The notes under the pieces are model-generated. The model was given only the letters and a program-made list of their open reading frames with translations, ran no database searches and was not told the DNA's origin. Both the position numbers and the translations under genes were made by a program. From the human T2T-CHM13v2.0 reference genome, Homo sapiens, in NCBI RefSeq assembly GCF_009914755.1, contig NC_060930.1: a stretch of 64,000 nt of DNA; one strand, 5' to 3'. Positions 13,448 through 29,640 of the stretch are shown here, in pieces. Within the stretch, counting starts at the first letter, position 1, and every line of letters begins with the position of its first letter.

Positions 13448-15096
13448 TTATGGTTGAAGTGCTGAACTTGTTGGGTCTAAATGTGAATATGCACTGAGTA
13501 GTAGAGTCTATTAAGAAACTATTTTTAATTGCATTGGCTGTGATCATATTAATTTGCTAAGCAGCAAGAGCTCTTGTTTTAGAAATGTATGATAAATTAT
13601 TTAAGGGTGGAATGTCAGGATATCTGCAATTTATTTAAAAATACTTCCACATAAAAAAAAATACCGTGAGTTAAAAATACAGAAGTGGAGTGGAGCACCT
13701 GGCCCCTGAGCTCTGATGATGACAGGGCCTGCTATAGGCCCATCCTGTTCCTCCATGGAAATTAGACAAATGACCCATCTTGCAGAGAGATCACAAAAAG
13801 GCACACACACCCCCACCCCCAGCCCCGGGCCTACTGATTACAAAAATGCACCCTAGCCAATACCTGGTAGAATTCCAACCCTGCTGGCCCAAACACCCAG
13901 GGACTTCCTGTGGTTATGGGATAACAGCCAACACAGCCACCATCGAAGCAGAGTCCACAGTCTCAGCGAGGTGCTCAAATCTTGGTGCAGCCCTGAACTT
14001 GACATTGGTCAGCAGATCTCCACAACAGCTGCACCTAGAGTTGCACACACCACACCAGCTTTCCTGGTGTTTTTCTCTTTTCTTTGTACATTATATGTAA
14101 ACATCATTTTTCCAATTCTAAGAATCCCGACATTCAATAAAGGGAAATATGTTAGATTCTTGTATCTACTATTTTTTCCCCAACCAACCTTTCTCAAGCA
14201 TTAGTAGGTAAGAGAGCAGGAGCAAGTGGTCCAGCCATGCTTCCAGGGCTGAGGCTTTCCTCTCTCCTCCTCCTGACTCCCCTCCTCCTGAACAAATCCT
14301 ATTCCCTCCCAGCACCCTCTCTGAGGATTCCTCGGTCACCACCCCAAGAGCTCAAGGAGAAGCGGCTTGGTTGGGAGGACCCTCTCCTCTGCCTCTTGCT
14401 GCTAATGGCACCTGCACCTAGTTTGCAGGTGCCCTCAGCTTCAGATGGGGGACTGGGGAGGAGGACAAGAAAGAAGGCTGGAGAGGGAAGTGGGGCAGGA
14501 AGAAGTGACCTTGCAGCCAGAGGACCAGCAGGAGGCTGATCCCAGGGGTGGGTATACATGTGGCCGCTTCCCCTTCCCCAGCCCTCCAGGGCTCCCAGAT
14601 CTGATGCTCCTGAGGAGAAAAATCTGAGCCTGAGGAACTGAGGGAAGGGAACAGGAAGGGCCTCTGTGGGGAAGGGAGAGCATCTCAGCCAATCACCGTG
14701 ACCTGCCAGTTACCTGACCAGGCACAAAGCTTAACTATGTCCTTCCCATATTTGACCTGGGACAACACCCTTTCGTCTGGCTTTGCTGCCCTCCCCAAAC
14801 TGGGCTGCAAGAAAGGAGCTCAGGCACAGTGGTGGGAAACAGTGTTCCCTGCAGCTGTCAGTATTTCCAAAGTTGTCACCAAGTGTCCCCAGGTGAGCTC
14901 CTCCCCTGAGGAAATGGCCTCCCCAAGCTTCTGGGAGAAATGCCATCACCTGCCCCCTAGAGAAGGACGGGCCCTCCATATAAACAGCTCCCCCATACAG
15001 AGCCAGGAAGGAGGACTGACTGATTTTTCTGCCTAAAACACAATCCTGTGTATGACGAAAGATACTACAAACAATGTTTTTTAAAATGTAAACGGA

Positions 15097-16125
<1,029 letters not shown>

Positions 16126-16130
16126 CCCAG

Positions 16131-16733
16131 TGATACGGTTTGGATCTGTGTCCTCACCAAATCTCATGTCTAATTGTAGTCCCCAGTGTTGGCGGTGGGG
16201 CTTGGTGGTACGTGAGTGGATCATGGGGGTGAATTTCTCGTGAACAGTTTAGCACCGTCCTCTTGGTACTGTCCTCGAGATAGTGAGTGAGTTCTCATGA
16301 GATCTGGTTGTTTAAAACCATTTGTTCTCACTCATAGGTGGGAATTGAACAATAAGAACACCTGGACACAGGGTGGGGAACATCACACACCGGGGCCTGT
16401 CATGGGGTCAGGGGACGGGGGAGGGATAGCATTAGGAGATATACCTAATGTAAATGATGAGTTAATGGGTGCAGCACACCAACATGACACATGTGTACAT
16501 GTGTAACAAACCTGCACATTGTGCACATGTACCCTAGAACTTAAAGTATAATTAAAAAGAAAAGAATTCAGTCCCCCTTTGTCTTCTGCCCTGATTGGAA
16601 ATTTCCTGAGGCCTCCCCAGAAGTAGAAGCTGCTATGCTTCCTGTACAGCCTGCAGAATCATGAGCCAATTAAACCTCTTTTTAAATTACCCAGTCTCTG
16701 GTATTTATAGCAACGCAAGAATGGACTAATATA
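16131..16733 (+). mobile_element. MSTA-like solo LTR interrupted by an L1PA 3' end (~16319-16566)
   Basis: tgatacggtttggatctgtgtc...ggactaatata with 5-bp TSD cccag/cctag. The insert has the L1PA 3'UTR ttctcactcataggtgggaattgaacaat...accctagaacttaaagtataat. Confidence 0.88.
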
Positions 16734-18883
16734 CCTAGACACAATGTATGTGTGCATGTATGCATGTGTGTGTATGCATGCATGTGTGTGAATGTGTGTG
16801 TGTAATAACAGGAAAGAATGTGTGCAAGAATTGCCTCAAGATGCTACCATGGGTAATGTCTGGGTAGGGGCAGGTGACTGGGATGGAACAGGGAGTGTGA
16901 AGGGGGGCTTTCGCATTTTACCCTGTATTCTACCATATTGTTTGAATGTTTTTACAATAAAATGTACTTGGGTGTTTTAAAAAGTAGACATGTTTTAATG
17001 ACTGTTGAAGTGAGTGAAGAATATGGAAGTCAGAGGTCACAGCAGCCCTGCCCCTGGGACAGCCATTGAAGGGTGTGTGCGTGTCATCCTGATCAAGTCC
17101 CCTGGGGATAGGCTACTTTCAGTGTCCTCACTGGAGACTCAGCTTCTGTGTGGTGTGTGCTGTCTGGCTTCATTACACTTTACTCCCTTGTTCTGTCCTC
17201 TCAATAGTCTAGCAAACCTAACACTACCAATGAAGCCCTACTCCATGTCCTGCCCCTGGCTTCCCACTTACCATACCAGCCCAGCAAATACGTTTATGTC
17301 CCCCACAAAAGCCCATACACAAATGTTTACAGTGCCCTTACTCATAATCACCACCAACCAGAAACAACCCACAGGTCCTTCAACTGGTGAAAGGATCAAC
17401 AGACTGTGGTACATCCATGCAACAGAACGTGACTCAGCAATGCAAAAGAACAAAGTACCCACACACACGACACACCTGATAAATCTCAAATGCATTAGGA
17501 AAGAAGCGAGACTCAGAAGGCTGCACACTGCATGATTACATATGTATGACATTCTGGAATAGGCAAAACTGTCAGCACAGAAACCACTGATCAGTGGTTT
17601 TCAGGGACTGGGGGGATCTGGGGTGGTGATAAGATGGTTCTGTGTCTGGATTGTGTTGATGGTTATGCAACTGTAACCATCTCTGTCCACTCCACCTGTG
17701 GGATCTGATCTGGACCCAGAGGTTGTTCAAGCCAGTGCCTTCCTTACTTCTGTTCTTCCCATCTTTATTCCTTCTTTCCTCTTCTGCTTCCTCTTTGCTC
17801 TTCAGCAGTGGAAAGCTCCTTCAAATGGAATCCTATACATGCCTTGTAGATGTGCCTGTTCAAGTGACACTGTTCTTGATGAAGAAGGGTAAGGGTCCTC
17901 TTTCAACAGAAGTTTGTCCCCATGCTTTCATTCAACAGATGAAGAAATTGAGGCCTGAGAGGAAAGGGGCTCCCTGTCCACATCCATGTTCTGTGCTCCT
18001 AATCATCCTCCATGCTGCTTTCAGAGACCATTCCAGGGTAGGCTAAGAGGGGCCATCACGGTGAACAGCTTATTCTGAGCACTCTAGAGTCGTCTAAATC
18101 TGCAGTCTGGTCATGGGGTAACAACATAGCAACAGACTTGGGAGATAACATGTCCTTTCCAACACCTGCCCCTGTATCCTTTTTTATACCTTCTTGTCCA
18201 GAACAGGTTCATGAGGCCATGTGTCCAGTAGAGGGGACTAGTTTTTCCAGATTAACTGTCAGCTTTGCCATGCTATAGCCACCGCCTTAATAAGGTTCAC
18301 CTTTCAGCCTCTTGTGCAACTTTCTCAGAGCACGAATGTGTCTTCAGTGTTTGGGAATCGCACTTCTAGGAATTTATCTTACAGATACAAACACACATGT
18401 GCAATAACATCTGTAGATTGATATTTGTTACAGCATTGTTTGTAATTTCAAAAGACTGAAAACAACCTAAATGACCAAGCTATTGAACATCCATTCAATA
18501 GAATACTTTGCATTTTCACAGGATGAAGAAGCTCCCTATGTACTGATATGTGCCGATCAGCAAGACATCTTGTATTTTGTAAGGTACGGATTTCTGTCTA
18601 TAATATGCTAACTTTTGTGCTTTAAGAAATATGAAAATTGATTAATATTGATATGCATTTTTTAAATTCTGGAGAAAACAATAAACTAATAACAATGGTT
18701 GCTGGGATAAGCAAAAGGTAGATGGGGAAAAGTGGGATAGACATTTTCACTTTCTGGATGTGTTTTTATTTTGAAAATAATAAAGTTATTCAAAATTAAA
18801 TTAAAAAGAAATAATTGTAGGAGAGCTTCTACTTCTGGGAAGATGGAGTAGATGTCCTTTTTCCTATTCTTCTTACTATGTAC

Positions 18884-19051
18884 TATATATATATATAATA
18901 TATATATTATATATATATATTATATATATATAATATATATATTATATATAATATATATATTATATATATAATATATATATTATATATATAATATATATAT
19001 TATATATATATATTATATATATATAATATATATATATTATATATATATATT
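18884..19051. repeat. (TA)n-derived palindromic array
   Basis: About 168 bp of pure A/T built from tatatatataatatatatat units. Confidence 0.97.
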
Positions 19052-19604
19052 AAACATGAGACAACTCTGAAAGGTGGAGAGAAGAAAGAGGACCAACAAG
19101 GAACAACACTGCAGTGAGTTCCCTGGATTTTCTTTTTACCTTGTATATCCTAGACTGGATACTAGAAAAACTACAACCCGGAAACACCAACCGACACAGT
19201 AAAAAAAAAAAAAAAAGCCCTAAGAAATGCCCGCTTTCTCTAACCAAAGGACCAGGAAAGAAGCAGGCAGGGCAAGACAGAAAACTTTTAGATACAATTG
19301 CTCTACTCTAGCCAACACAACAGAAAAAAACTGCAGCCTCACCTCACCTACACCAGCAAAGGCTGAGTAGGGAGCCCAGACTTCTACCCCAGGCTGTAGT
19401 AAGGCACTCCCACTCCCACGCTGGAGTGGAGCCACAGAAGGCCAAGTGGGAGGCCAGGACTTTCAATCACCCAGGGTCAGCAGAGACCACACAGGAAGCC
19501 TGGACTCCACCCCTACCAGCAGTCAGAGGGTGCCCCTCACCATCCCCACTGGGGTGGTGTCAAAGGAGGACTGGCAGAGCATCAAAACTTTCATCACTGT
19601 TCAG

Positions 19605-19905
19605 TTTTTTGTTTTTTTTTTTTTGAGATGGAGTCTCGCTCTGTCGCCCAGGCTGGAGTGCAGTAGCACAATCTCTGCTCACTGAAAGCTCTGCCTCCCG
19701 GGTTCACGCCATTCTCCTGCCTCAGCCTCCCGAGTAGCTGGGACTACAGGTGCCCGCCACCATGCCCAGCTAATTTTTTGTATTTTTAATAGAGACGGGG
19801 TTTCACTGTGTTAGCCAGGATGGTCTCAATCTCCTGACCTCATGATCCACCCGCCTCAGCCTCCCAAAGTGCTGGGATTACAGGTGTGAGCCATGGCGCC
19901 CGGCC
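19605..19905 (-). mobile_element. AluY-like
   Basis: AluY-type positions; TSD atcactgttcagttttt. Confidence 0.93.
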
Positions 19906-20964
19906 ATCACTGTTCAGTTTTTAACAAGGCCACCCCACCCAGCAGTTGCAGTAGAAGCACCCCTTCCCCTTCCAGCCAGGGTGGAATCAGTGAAGGCCTG
20001 ACCGCCACTTCCATTCAGCAGTTACAAGGAGCACCTTCTCGGCAATCCCCCCACCCCCCGCCCGCCCCCATAGGCATCAACAGAGACCAGGAGGACAACC
20101 TGGACCCCTGCCTGGCAGTAACAAGGTGTCATCCCACTTTTACCCACAAGATCTGTGCCAGAGAAGGCTTGCTACCACACATGATTTAAATAAGATCCAC
20201 AGTTATAACACAATACTGAAATGTCCAGGTATCAAATAAGAAAATTACTCATCATACCAAAACCCAGAAAGATCTCAAAATGAATGAGGAAAGATACTCA
20301 ACAGACACCAATGCTGGGATGCATACATATTATAATGCTTCAACAAATAATTAGAAACACATTAGAAACAAATTTTAAAAAATAGAAAGTCTCAGCCAAA
20401 AAAAAAAGAAGGTCTCAGAAAAGAAATAAAAGATACAAAAAAGAACAAAATGGAAACTCTAAAGTGTACAATAGTTGAGATGAATTCAATGGATGGGCTC
20501 ATCAGCAGAATGGAGAAAACAGAGAAAAGAATCAGTAAACTTAAATATGGTGCAATAGAAGTTACCTAAACTGAACCATGGAGAGAAAATAAATGGAAAA
20601 AAAAAACATGAACAGAACCATGTGGGACTATAACAAAAAATCCAATATTTATGTCACTAGAGACACAGGAGAGGGGGAAGAGGTTGGGGCTGAAAAAGTA
20701 TTCAGAGAAACATTGGGTGAAAGACACAAACCTTCAGATTCTAGAAGGTGTATAAATCCCAAACAGGATAAAACAAACAAACAAACAAAAATCCATCTTA
20801 AGCTATATCAAAAACACAACACTTTTCAAGTGCTAAAAGAAAAGAACTATCAACCCAAAATTTAGTTTTAGAAATTCCTCCAGGTATGAGGGGAAAATAA
20901 AGACATCTTCAGATGAAGAGAAAAACTAATTTGTTATCAGCAGACCCACTTTTTAAAAAAACTT

Positions 20965-22753
20965 ATTGGGCACTGGAGCAAAGGTCACTTTTCTTATGCA
21001 TCACCAAAGAGGTTGGAGGCACTATGCCCCTGCCATAGGGATCTGTGGAACATTGAACTTGAGAGTGACAATTTAGGGTATTGGGCAAGAGAAATTTCTA
21101 AGCAGCAAAGTGTTCAAGAAATGGCCTGGCTGCTTCTAACAACCTATGCTCATATACGTGAGCAAAGAAATGACATAAAACTGGAACTTATATTTAAAGG
21201 GAAAGCGGAGTGTAAAAGTTTGAAAAATCTGCAGCCCAGCCATGTGGTAGAAAAGAAATGCTCATTTTCAGGGGAGAAATTCAAACAGGGTGCAGAAATT
21301 TGCATAAGTAAAGAAAAGCCAATTGCTAATAGCCAAGACAGTGGGGAAAAGACCTTGAAGGCATTTCAGAGACCTTCACCACAATCCCTCCCATCACAGG
21401 CCCAGAAGCCTAGAAAGACAGAATGGTTTCATGGGCCAGACCCAGGACCCTGCTGCCCTGCACAGCCTCAGGACACTACTCCCTGCAACCTGGCCACTCC
21501 AGCTCCAGCCTTGGCTCAAAGGAGCGCTTGTAAAGCTTGGGCTGCTGCTTCAGAGGGTGCAAGCCATAAGCCTTGGTGGCTTCCACTTGGTGTTAATCGT
21601 GTGGGTGCACAGAGTGCAAGAGTTTAGGCTTGGGAGCCTCTACCTAGATTTCAGAGGATGTATGGAAAAGCCTGGATGTGTAGGCACAAAGCCTGATGCA
21701 GGAGTGGAGCCCTCATGGAGACCTCTTCCAGGTCAGTGTGGAGGGCAAATATGGGGTTGGAACCTCTACACAGAGTCCCCACTGGGACACTGCTTTATGG
21801 AGCTGTGAGAAGAAGGCCACTGTTCTCCAGACCCCAGAATGGTAGATTCACCGACAGCTTACACCTTGCACCTGGAAAAGCCACAGGCACTCAATGTCGG
21901 CCCTTGGGAGCAGCCAAGGGGGCTGAACCCTGCTGAGCCACAGGGGCAGAGTTGCCCAAGGCCTTGGGATCCCACCCTTTTCATCAGTGTGGCCTGGATG
22001 TGAGACATGGAGTCAAATGAGATTATTTTGGAGCTTTAAGATTTAATGACTATCCTGCTGGGTTTCAGACTTGTATGGAACCCATAGCCCCTTTCTTTTG
22101 GCCAATTTCTTTCCTTTTCTGGGGGGAGGATGGCAATGATTACCCAATGCCTATATTCCATTATATCTTGGGAATAACTAACTTATTTTTTATTTTACAG
22201 GCTCACAGATGAAAGGGACTTGCCTTGTCTCAAATGAAACTTCGGACTTCACACTTTTGAGTTAATGCTGGAATGAGTTAAGACTTTGGGGGACTGTTGA
22301 GAGGGATGATTGCATTTTGTAATGTGAGAAGGACATGAAATTTGGAAGGGTCAGGGGTGGAATGATATAGTTTGAATCTGTGTCCACACCTAATCTTAAA
22401 TCAAATCACAATCTCTAGTGTTGAAGATGGGGCCTGGTGGGAGGTGACTGGATCATGGGGAAGGAGTTCTCATGAATGGTTTAGCACCATTATCTTGGTG
22501 TTGTTCTCATGATAGAGTTCTCACAAGACCTGTTTGTTTAAAAGTGTGTAGCACCTCCCACCTTGCTCTCTTTTGGTCCTGCTCCTGCTTTGCCTTCTGT
22601 AATGAGTAAAAGCTCCCCGAGGCCTCCCCAGAAGCAGACGCTGCCATGCTTCCTGTACAACCTGCAGAACTGTGAGCCAATTAAATCTCCTTTCTTTATA
22701 AATTACCCAGTCTCAGGTATTTCTTTATAGCAATGCAAGAATGGACTAATACA
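20965..22753 (+). mobile_element. MST internal region plus 3' MSTA-like LTR (22363-22753); 5' LTR absent
   Basis: Typical THE1/MST-internal sequence (ggagcaaaggtcact..., polypurine tract ggggtcaggggtggaa), then tgatatagtttg...ggactaataca. Confidence 0.85.
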
Positions 22754-23745
22754 TTTATATAATCATAAAAGGGTCAATCTACCAAGAAGACATAGCAATC
22801 CATAATGTGTATGCACCAAAAACACAGAACTGAAAAATACATGAAGCAAAAATTGATGGAACTGACAACAGAAAACAATGAATCACTAATTATAGTTGGA
22901 AACTTCAATACTCTCTGTCAAAAACTGATAGAACAACTAGACAGAAAACCATCAAGGCTATAGAAGAATTCAAGAACAACATCAACCAATTTTTATAGAA
23001 CACTCCACCCAATTATAGCAGAATACACAACTTTTCAAGCATTTGCAGAACATATACCAAGATTGGCCATACCCTGGGCCATAAAGTAAAACTGTAACAA
23101 ATTTTTAAAAAATTGCAACCGTATAATGTATGTTTTCTGACCACAGTGGAATTAAATTAAAAACCAATAACAGAAATGTGACCATAAAATCTTCAAATAC
23201 TTGGAAACTAAATAATACACTTTAAATAAGCCATGGGTGAAAAAGAAAGTTCCAAGGGAAATTTAAAAATACTTTGAAGCAAATGAAAATTAAAACATAA
23301 CATGTCAAAATGTGTGGGAAGCAGTTAAAGCCGTACTGAGAGGGAAATTTATAGCACCAAAATGCTTTCATTTTCTAAAAATAAAACTTTCAAGTCAATA
23401 ATATAGGCTTGTACCCCAGTCTAAGTCAAACATAGAGGAAAGAAAAGCAAAATAAACCCAGAGCAAGCAGAAAGAAGAAAATAATAAAGATAAAAGCAGA
23501 AATCAATGAAACTGAAAATAGGAAAAACAATATAGAAAATAAATGAAATGAAAAGCTGGTTCTTTTAAAAGACGATAAAATTGACAAGCCTCTGACGTAG
23601 AAAAAAAGAGAAAATACACAACTTCCTAATATCAGGAACAAAGGCAGGGATATCATGACAGTCCCTGCAGACATCAAAAGGATAATAAGGGAATACTATG
23701 AACAACCTAACCCTAAATTTGAAAATTTAGAGAAAATACAATCTA

Positions 23746-24220
<475 letters not shown>

Positions 24221-24712
24221 ATAACACCAATTCTACACAGTCTCTTCCAGAAAATAGAAGAAAAAAGTCAGTAGTGCGTTGATACCAAGACCAAAGACAG
24301 TATAACAAAAGAAAACTACAGACTCATATTCCTCATAAATATGGATACAAGCACTCTTAATTGAATATTAACAAATATAATTCGACAATATGTAGAAATA
24401 GTTATATACTATGACCAAGTAGAGTTAATTCTGGATTCAAAGCTGGTTCAATATTTGAAAAGCTATCAGTGTAATCCACTATATTAACAGGGTAAAGAAG
24501 AAAAATCACATGATCATATCAATTGGTACAGAAAAAAGCATTTGGCAAATTCAATACTCATTTATGATACTCTCAGAAAACTAGAAATAAAGGGGAATTT
24601 CCTCAAATTGACATAGAACATCTGTAAAAAATCTACAACTAACATACTTAGGGAAAAACTGAATGTTTCTCACTAAGATCAGGAACAAGTCAAGGTTGTC
24701 CATTCTTCTTCC

Positions 24713-24998
<286 letters not shown>

Positions 24999-25495
24999 CA
25001 ACGTTGTTCATTCTTATCACTACTATTCAACCATAACACTGGAAGTTCTAGCCAGTGCAATTAAGCAAGAAAAGGAAATAAAAGGCATACACATTAGAAA
25101 AGAAGAAATTAAATGTCCCTATTTGCAGGTGACATGATGTTCAATGTAAAAAATCTCAAGGAATCTACAAAAAAAGACCTTCTAAAACTAATAAGTGCGT
25201 TCAGCAAGGCCATAGACTATAAGATGAACATATAAAAATCAATTATATTTCTACATACTAGCAATAAGCACATGAAACCAAAACTTAAAATACAATCCTA
25301 TTTACAATCAGTCACAAAAGATGAGCCACTTAGGTATAAATCTAACAACAAATATATAGCATGTGAAAATTACAGAATGCTAATGAAAGAAATTAAAGAA
25401 GATTTAAATAAATGGAGCACTCATGGATTGGAAGACTTAACATAGTAAAGATGTCAGTTCTCCCCGAATTGATATACAGGTTTGATGCAATTCCC

Positions 25496-25788
25496 TTTTT
25501 TTTTTTGAGATGGAGTCTCACTCTGTGGCCCAGGCTGGAGTGCAGTGGCATGATCTCGACTCACTGCAACCTCCGCCTCCTGGATTCAAGTGATTCTCCT
25601 GCCTCAGCCTCCTGAGTATCTGGGACTACAGGCATGCACCATCATGCCCGACTAATTTTTTTGTATTTTTAGTAGAGAAGGGTTTCACCTCATTGGTCAG
25701 GCTGGTCTTGAACTCCTGACCTCAAGTGATCCACCCGCCTCGGCTCCCAAAGTGCTGGGATTACAGGCATGAGCCACTGTGCCCGGCC
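25496..25788 (-). mobile_element. AluS
   Basis: Full dimer; TSD aggtttgatg. Confidence 0.9.
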
Positions 25789-26770
25789 AGGTTTGATGAC
25801 ATTCCTATCAAATCCCTGCAAGATTTGTTTGCAGACATAGACAAGATTATTCTTTAACTTACATGGAAAGGCAAAGGAAAAAGATAAAAGAAAAGATAAA
25901 ACAATTCTGAAAAAGGAGAATTAGAGTGAGAGGTATCAATCTACCCAGTTTCAAGACCTATATCACATACCAGCAGGAATCAAAGCTGTGTAGTATTGAT
26001 GGAGGGAAATGGAACAGAATAGAGAACCCAAAAATAGACCCATACAAGTGTGGCCAACTCATTTTTGGCAAACATGCAAAAGCAATTCAGTGGAGGAAGG
26101 ATAGCCTTTTCAACAATGCTGGAGCAATTGAATATCCATAAGAAAAAAAAAAAACCTATGATTTAAATCTCACACCTTATATAAAAATTAACTCAAAATG
26201 GAATATAGATTTAAATGTAAAACATAAAACTATAAAAGTTTAGAAGGTAACATAGGAGAAAATATTTAGGACCTGGTGTTTCGTGATAAGCTCTTAGACA
26301 CAACACCAAAGGCAGATCCATCAAAGGAAAAAAATCAATAAATTGGACTTAATCAAAGTTTAAAACTTTTACTTTGCAAAAATCCCTATTAAGAGGATGA
26401 AAGGAGAAGCTATAGACTGGGAGAAAATATTTGCACAATGCAGATCTCACAAAGGACTCAAATTCCCAATATAAAAATGACTCTCAAAACCCAACAGTAA
26501 AAAAAAACAAATAATCCAATTAGAAAATAGGCAAATGACATGAAAAGACTTTTCACCAATGGCAAATAAGTACATGGAAAGATATCCATACTACTAGCCA
26601 TTAGGGAAATGCAAAGTAGGACCATGATGAGATATTAGCACATATCTGTCAGAATGGCTAAAATAAAAAATAGTGATGAGACTAAATGCTGGTGACAATG
26701 AAGAGCAACTGGATCACTCACACACTACTGGTGGGAGTGTACATGGTAAGCCACTCTGGAAAATAGTTTA

Positions 26771-27552
26771 AGAATTTATTTTTTAATAAAAATTGTGTAT
26801 ATTTAAGGTGTATAACATGATGGCTTGATATACATAGTAAAACTGATTACTACAATCAAGCTAATGAATATTTTCATTACCTTACATAGTTATCGTTTTC
26901 ACATGTGTGTGATGAGAATGCTTAAAAGCTACTCTCTTGGCAAATTTCAGATATAAAATACAGTATTTTTAAATATAGTTCCCCTTCTGTACATTAGATT
27001 TCTGGAATTTATTCATCCTACCTAACAAACTTTGTACCCTTTGACCAACATCTTCCCATTTCTCCCCACTCCCCATGCCTGATAACCACCATTCTCCTCT
27101 TGCTTCTATGAATTTGGCTTTTTCACATTCGACATATAAGTGAGATCATGCAGTAGTGGTCTTTCTGTGCCTGGCTTATTTCATTTGGCATAATGTCCTC
27201 CAAGTTTATTCATGTTTTTGCAAATAACAGGATTTCCTTCTTTTTAAAGGGTAACTATGATTCCATTGTGTATATGTACATTTTCTTTATCCATTCATCT
27301 GTTGGTGGATATTTAGGTTGATTCCATATCTTGGCTATGATAAATAGTGTTGTAATAAACATGGAGACGTACATATCTCTTCAACATACTGATTTCATTT
27401 CCTGTGGGTATATAGCATGAAGAGATATTGCTGGATCACATGGTAATTCTATCTTTAACTTTTTGAGGCACCTCCATACTGTTTTCCATAACGGCTATAC
27501 CAATTTACATTACTACCAACAGTGTATAAGAGTTTCGTATTTTTTACATCCG
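26771..27552 (-). mobile_element. L1MA-type 3' end inserted antisense into the older L1
   Basis: aattgtgtatatttaaggtgtataacatga...cacatataagtgagatcatgcag; the host L1 resumes at agtttggcag. Confidence 0.8.
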
Positions 27553-27876
27553 TAAGTTTGGCAGTTACTTTAAAAAAACAAACTAAACTTACGCTTACCA
27601 TAAGAAACACCAATTGCTCTCCTGGGCATTTATCCCAGAGAAATAAAAACTTATGTACACGTAAAAACCTGTAAATGAACGTTCATAGCAGCTTTATTTA
27701 TAACAGCCAAAATCTGGAAACAACCCAGATGTCTCTCAACAGATAAACAGTTAAACTGCAGTACATCCATAGACTACATGGCAATAAAAGAGAATGAACA
27801 ATTGATACATGCAATAACCTGAATGGATCTTAAGGAATTTGTGCTGCATGAAAAAGTCTTAAAAGATGACATACAA

Positions 27877-28218
<342 letters not shown>

Positions 28219-28440
28219 TCAAAATGACAAAATCACAGAAATGGGAAACACATTAACGGTGGCCTGGGGCTAAGAATGTTGAGAGAGGGAGGACTGGGCA
28301 TGACCACCAAGGGATGGCAGGGAAGAGGTCTTTGGGGTGATGAAATGGTTCTGTGTCTTGATTACTGCGGGGGCTACAAGAGTCCACACGTGGGTGAAAG
28401 TTACCTGGGACCTCTCTGTACTACCCTTGAACTTCCTATA

Positions 28441-28863
28441 TGCTATAGTTTCAATGTTTGTTTCCTCCTAATCTCATGTTGAAATTTAATCCCCAGTGTG
28501 ATGGTGTTGGGAGTTGGAACCTATTGGGGGGTGTTTGGGTCATGGGGGTCCTTTGATTCATGGATTCTTCATTAATACATGCATGCCCTTGGAGGAGTGA
28601 GTACTTAACTCTATTAGTCCCCGAAAGCGCCGATTGTTAAAAGAGTCCAGCACCTCCCTCCTTGTCTTGCTTCCCCTCTCACCATGTGATCTCTGGAAAC
28701 ACTGGCTCCCCTTTGCCTTCTGCCATGAATGGAAGCAGCCTAAGGCTTTCACCAGATGCCCAATCTTCCAGCCAGCAGAATTGTGAGCCAAATAAATCTT
28801 TTTTCTTTATAAAGTACCCAGTCCCACGTATTCCTTTACAGCAACACCAAATGGATTGGGACA
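28441..28863 (+). mobile_element. MST-family solo LTR
   Basis: tgctatagtttcaatg...ggattgggaca; 5-bp TSD ctata/ctatg. Confidence 0.82.
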
Positions 28864-29372
28864 CTATGAATCTATAATTATTTAAAAGTTAACAGCTTTA
28901 AAAATTGATTGTCAAAGTCATTTTGTGTCTGTCTTTTTTACTTTTAAAATATGAATCCATCACGCTAAATGGGGGCTCCTCTGGCTCCTCACAGGGCATT
29001 CAGCGTTTGGTGGGGGCAATGACCCTGGGTTTATGCGGACACAATTCCAGGATGTTCTGCAGCCAGATCTTTCCCGAAGTTTCACATCTCTCTTCCAGGA
29101 CACCTGCTGTCTCTAGAAGGAGCATCCCTCTGGAGAAGGAAGGAGAGAAGGCAGAAAGTGGCCGCAGCCTAGTGGGAAGGAGACCAGTGACAGCTGCATC
29201 CCAGCCCACTAGGGAGCAGCAGAGGATGGAGAATGGTTCTCAGCTCTGCACTGGAGTGGGTGGAATCTCAGGCAGGAGAAGGGGAGGGGCTCTGCCCAGA
29301 GACCTTTCCCCAGCCTGACCACTGCAGGTGCAAAAGCAGCTTGAGCATTTCCAATGCCTGATAAAGAGGGAG

Positions 29373-29640
29373 CCCAGCTGGGCTCAGTGGCTCAAGCCAC
29401 TAATCCTGGCACTTTGGGAGGCTGAGACTGGAGAATTGCTTAAGGCCAGGAATTAGGATTCAAGACCAGCCCAAGCAACATAGCGAGATTCCATCTCTAC
29501 AGAGATTTTGAAAATTAGCTGGGTATGGTGGTGCACACCTGTAGTCCTACTTAGAAGGATGAGGTGGGACCATCACTTGAACCCAGGAGTTTGAGGCTTC
29601 AATGAGCCATGATTGTGTCACTGCACTCCTCTAAATTAAT
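29373..29640 (+). mobile_element. AluJ-like (diverged)
   Basis: Diverged dimer. Confidence 0.85.

Noticed and set aside
14687-14985. AGCCAATCA plus TATAAA as a possible promoter
   Set aside because: Spacing of ~290 bp is wrong for a CCAAT-TATA promoter, and there is no downstream exon evidence.
21013-21627. 204-aa ORF
   Set aside because: Residual frame of the MST-internal MaLR sequence; TTG start; not a cellular gene.
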